Source: a virus (Duplodnaviria; Caudoviricetes). Taken from it: DNA of 39,255 bases. The notes under the pieces were generated by a model, which was not told where the DNA came from, did no database searches, and saw only the letters and a list, made by a program, of their open reading frames with translations. The stretch lies in IMG/VR virus record IMGVR_UViG_3300024286_000011, positions 1 to 39,255 of that record, one strand, 5' to 3'. Made by a program: the position numbers and the translations under genes. Of this stretch, positions 36,573-39,255 are shown one piece after another (within the stretch, counting starts at the first letter, position 1; each line of letters begins with the position of its first letter).

Positions 36573-36751
36573 CGCTACCAACAATAGAACAACCAAATTA
36601 CGGGTATGTGCCGCTAGAGAAGCACACAGCGGAATCCAAATGGCAGTTCTGTAATTGCAAAACTTGCCAGGATACGCGGCGGCGGATTGAGCAAGCGCCC
36701 GGTAAGGACATTGACTTCAAGACCTATCGCAGAAAGGACGAAAAATACTGA
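36569..36751 (+). CDS. Small Cys/His protein
   Basis: 60 aa; CNCKTC; TTG start with GGAGG. Confidence 0.55.
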   Translation: MTLPTIEQPNYGYVPLEKHTAESKWQFCNCKTCQDTRRRIEQAPGKDIDFKTYRRKDEKY

Positions 36752-36927
36752 TGGCCTTATCTCATAGGGAATACATGCGCCGCTGGAGAAAGAGACATAA
36801 GAACTATGATCGGGATTGGATGCGTCTCGCTCGCGGCAAACCTTATGAAGCCGTGGGCAACAAGCCAGGCCACCGAGAGATACTTGGCGTGCGGGTGCAG
36901 GTTGATTTGCTGAAGAGGTTCCTATGA
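36751..36927 (+). CDS. Small basic protein
   Basis: Hand translation MALSHREYMRRWRKRHKNY...LKRFL (58 aa); coupled at both ends. Confidence 0.6.
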   Translation: MALSHREYMRRWRKRHKNYDRDWMRLARGKPYEAVGNKPGHREILGVRVQVDLLKRFL

Positions 36928-37094
36928 ACGAAACAATCAAGCAACTGGCAGCCGATGGCATGCTGCGCGGCTCCTACGAAACGTCCGCTGAAACGCCGCT
37001 GGAATCACCGCTTCAGTTTTGTCTCTGGTTAGCGTTCCAGCAGGTCTTGCGAAACAACCGCACGGCTGTTTCTGATGTGGCGGCAGGAGAATAA
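36924..37094 (+). CDS. Hypothetical protein
   Basis: Hand translation MNETIKQLAADG...VAAGE (56 aa); GAGG RBS; ATGA coupling. Confidence 0.55.
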   Translation: MNETIKQLAADGMLRGSYETSAETPLESPLQFCLWLAFQQVLRNNRTAVSDVAAGE

Positions 37095-37096
37095 AA

Positions 37097-37567
37097 ATGG
37101 GAATGTTCGATTATGTTCGCTGTGAATATCCTTTGCCGGATTATCCGCTGAATGCCCCACAGGAAGAAATCCACTTTCAGACGAAGGATACCGACGAGCA
37201 ATATCTCAAGACCTACGTCATCTCTGCCGAAGGGCAGCTAATACTTGAAGATGTTTTGCAGGATTACACAGGTGGAATCTGCTTCTACGATTCCAATGTT
37301 GTCGCCATTGGACCCGGAACTTATACGCGCGACGGCGAAGATTCTCACTGGCTAGAATACATCTCGACGTTCGTTCATGGGAAACTGACGCACATTGAGC
37401 GTTCGCATTACAGTTTCGAGCCTGCACAGAAAAGCTCGCAGATGTGGCGCGACCAGCCTAAATTTGCAAATGAGAAAGAGCGTATGGATTGGTGGAATGC
37501 TCAGCGCAAGGAATTTGAGGACTGGCAGGCAGCAGAGCTTAAGCGGCGAGCGGAAGCAAAAGCCTAG
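37097..37567 (+). CDS. Conserved-looking phage hypothetical protein
   Basis: MGMFDYVRCEYPLP...FQTKD...FVHGKL; AGGAG RBS. Confidence 0.8.
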   Translation: MGMFDYVRCEYPLPDYPLNAPQEEIHFQTKDTDEQYLKTYVISAEGQLILEDVLQDYTGGICFYDSNVVAIGPGTYTRDGEDSHWLEYISTFVHGKLTHIERSHYSFEPAQKSSQMWRDQPKFANEKERMDWWNAQRKEFEDWQAAELKRRAEAKA

Positions 37568-37653
37568 CCAGCAGCCGGTCAAGTCGAGGGAGCGCCGCTG
37601 GAACACCGAGCTTTCGCATTTGTTGGGTGGCGACCGCATCATGAATTTTGTAG

Positions 37654-37683
37654 TTGACGAGCGGTTAAAGAATTTTCTAATAT
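37654..37683 (+). promoter_or_regulatory. Putative sigma70-like promoter
   Basis: TTGACG-18 nt-TAATAT. Confidence 0.5.
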
Positions 37684-37689
37684 GAACGA

Positions 37690-38075
37690 CAAGGCCGTTG
37701 GAAGGGTCTCTGGTTTTTATCCTTTGCCGGAAACCTTCCAGAACTCTTCCAACAGCCCCAAAAAGGGATTCCGGCAAATGTCCAAATACCTTTTCCAGTC
37801 TACACGGTTCACTCTGGCGCTCCCGCTCAGCGAAATGAACTATCCGTGTCACAGAAGCAAGGTACTTCCATCCAAAACAGGACGCATCTCTAAAAGAGTT
37901 CTCCGGGCAACGGTCGGCTACTTGATGCCGAGCTGGGAATGGAGCGAATTTGCTCCAGCACCCCTTCTACCACTACGTCCCGGTCGTATTCTGATGTTCT
38001 TGTAAAAGTGTTCTGAGGGGACGGATGCAAGTGCTGGGAGCGGCTTTGGGAAACATCAGACGGGAAGTGGTGTCT
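37690..38075 (+). ncRNA. Candidate structured RNA or long structured leader
   Basis: Hairpins 37693-37757, 37787-37864, 37940-37957 and 37969-38071, plus a 10-bp pairing 37723-37732/37769-37778; starts just after the promoter. Confidence 0.45.
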
Positions 38076-38091
38076 TCAAAGGAGAAAAAAA

Positions 38092-38406
38092 ATGAAGAAA
38101 ATAGTAGTGGACGGTCACGCATTCACAATCGGGCGCGTAGTGCATTACGTCATCAGTGAAACAAAGCAATTGCCGATGATGATTACGGAATGTCGGATAG
38201 TTAATGGGAACTATTATGCGGATGGAGTTGTTTTCGGCATCCACCATCAGGAGCCAGCGCGATTTGAGTCTGCCGTACCCTACAACACTTCGAAGATTAA
38301 TAATACTTGGCATTTTCCTTCGATGTGGAGACCCGCAAAGAAGAAAGGCCCAAAGCCCGGACAACCGCTCGTCAATCCTCACAAGATAGCCGCAAAAGTA
38401 GGTTAG
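38092..38406 (+). CDS. Conserved-looking phage hypothetical protein
   Basis: TIGRVVHYV...P.MIT...VF...TWHFP; AAGGAG RBS. Confidence 0.8.
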   Translation: MKKIVVDGHAFTIGRVVHYVISETKQLPMMITECRIVNGNYYADGVVFGIHHQEPARFESAVPYNTSKINNTWHFPSMWRPAKKKGPKPGQPLVNPHKIAAKVG

Positions 38407-38409
38407 CCA

Positions 38410-38568
38410 ATGACGACGCCGCTAGAACGCCTTACCGCTGAGATGCTGGTGTGGCATCACGCGCGATTTATTTGCCCTCTCTGTCACAACAGCGGCGGTG
38501 AGGGCAAGCATGTCGAGGGTTGTAAATGGAAGGCGATGATTGACGGTTGGAGAAAAGCCAATGATTGA
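38410..38568 (+). CDS. Small Zn-finger protein
   Basis: Hand translation, 52 aa, with CPLC...HVEGC. Confidence 0.6.
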   Translation: MTTPLERLTAEMLVWHHARFICPLCHNSGGEGKHVEGCKWKAMIDGWRKAND

Positions 38569-38869
38569 GCTTGGTTTCTTCCGCGTCCACGAATTGCAAC
38601 TAGTAGAATGGGAGCGCGTCTACGCTCCGCTGAACGTGGCAGGCGAACTGGAGAAGATGCGGCAATGGCTAACCGCTAATCCGAAGCGAAGGAAAAAAAA
38701 CTATCAGCGTTTCGTAATCGGCTGGCTGAATCGTGAAGCCGCAAAGGTGCAGCGAGCGCAGATAGAATCGCGGCTGTACGCAAGCGTGGGCAGCGGCAAC
38801 AGACTTCCCTCAGCAGAACAGCATGAAGAGAACTTACGCATTATCGCGGAGCTGGAGGCCGACATGTAG
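38561..38869 (+). CDS. Stand-alone C-terminal domain of a phage replication initiator (DnaD/O-like)
   Basis: WERVY..LNV..EL.KMRQWLTANPKRRKKNYQRFVIGWLNR; GGAG RBS before ATG 38561. Confidence 0.65.
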   Translation: MIELGFFRVHELQLVEWERVYAPLNVAGELEKMRQWLTANPKRRKKNYQRFVIGWLNREAAKVQRAQIESRLYASVGSGNRLPSAEQHEENLRIIAELEADM

Positions 38870-39025
38870 AAAGCTAGCGCAGAAATGATTCGCGTGACAG
38901 GCGAGGAGTCTTGAATCCCGTTCTCTAGCGCAAAAACGGGTGATTGAGCGGGCAGGCCCGGGGAATCTCAGAAGGGGCGGCGGGGCGAGAAGAGTGTGTT
39001 AGCCGAAAATTCCTGAATTATTCCC

Positions 39026-39054
39026 TTGACAGACAAAGTACGACAATGTAGGCT
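39026..39054 (+). promoter_or_regulatory. Sigma70-like promoter (leaderless)
   Basis: TTGACA-17 nt-TAGGCT-7 nt-ATG. Confidence 0.65.
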
Positions 39055-39061
39055 ATCGAAC

Positions 39062-39238
39062 ATGAAGATGGAACACAAACTTACGATGCGGTTGGAGTAC
39101 GAGCTTTTGAAGCATCTGTCTTGCGACGCCTGCGATGAACAGGTGCCGATTAGTTGGGTGGTGCGCAGGATACTTCGCCAGTATTACAAGATTCCTCGCG
39201 GGGCCGCACGCCGCCAGCAAAAGGAGAGCGCGAAATGA
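39062..39238 (+). CDS. CopG/RHH-like regulator
   Basis: LTMRLEYELLKHL...ISWVVRRILRQYY (58 aa). Confidence 0.7.
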   Translation: MKMEHKLTMRLEYELLKHLSCDACDEQVPISWVVRRILRQYYKIPRGAARRQQKESAK

Positions 39239-39255
39239 GCCGACTACGTCACCGA
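39235..39255 (+). CDS. Partial gene start
   Basis: AAGGAG RBS and ATGA overlap; runs off the window. Confidence 0.45.

Larger units (their letters stand above)
1..39255. mobile_element. Tailed dsDNA phage/prophage genome segment (Caudoviricetes, podovirus-like morphogenesis module)
   Basis: TerS-TerL, portal, scaffold, capsid, connector/tail and ejection-like genes in order on the - strand; Bet/RecT and small early genes on the + strand; no tape measure or sheath gene; frequent ATGA/TAATG gene coupling. Confidence 0.95.

Noticed and set aside
37682-38005. 107-aa ORF across the structured region
   Set aside because: Its ATG overlaps the predicted -10 box and it has no RBS or recognisable motifs; the shorter form from 37778 remains possible
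1-39255. CRISPR array, diversity-generating retroelement, tRNA, integrase/att site, stop-codon recoding
   Set aside because: No spaced repeats, reverse transcriptase, cloverleaf or integrase motifs were noticed by eye; genes tile densely under the standard code using all three stop codons

Overview
This window is most of the genome of a tailed dsDNA phage or prophage with a podovirus-like layout. No host genes, integrase, tRNA or CRISPR array were seen. Two back-to-back sigma70-like promoters at about 32.7 kb split it into two arms. The leftward (- strand) arm encodes a ribbon-helix-helix (RHH) regulator, nucleases, a holin-like protein, small and large terminase, a cluster of tiny basic or structural proteins, portal, scaffold, major capsid, head-tail connector and tail proteins, internal (ejection) proteins and very large spike/fibre-like proteins. 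The rightward (+ strand) early arm encodes a Bet/RecT recombinase, many small proteins and a truncated replication-initiator domain. Two HNH genes are inserted antisense in the morphogenesis operon. The most unusual signal is that all three large spike/fibre-like genes, plus a fourth gene cut by the window edge, start with Sec-type signal peptides predicted to be cleaved before Gln, and the three complete proteins are Cys-rich. This suggests virion appendages that are exported and oxidatively folded in the periplasm. Also notable are a densely base-paired ~390-nt element with a pseudoknot in the replication region, an apparent AUU start codon, and twin basic micro-proteins sharing a C-terminal KKGF[RK]I tag. 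An Acidobacteriota-like host is an unverified impression. All family calls come from reading motifs by eye, not from database searches.
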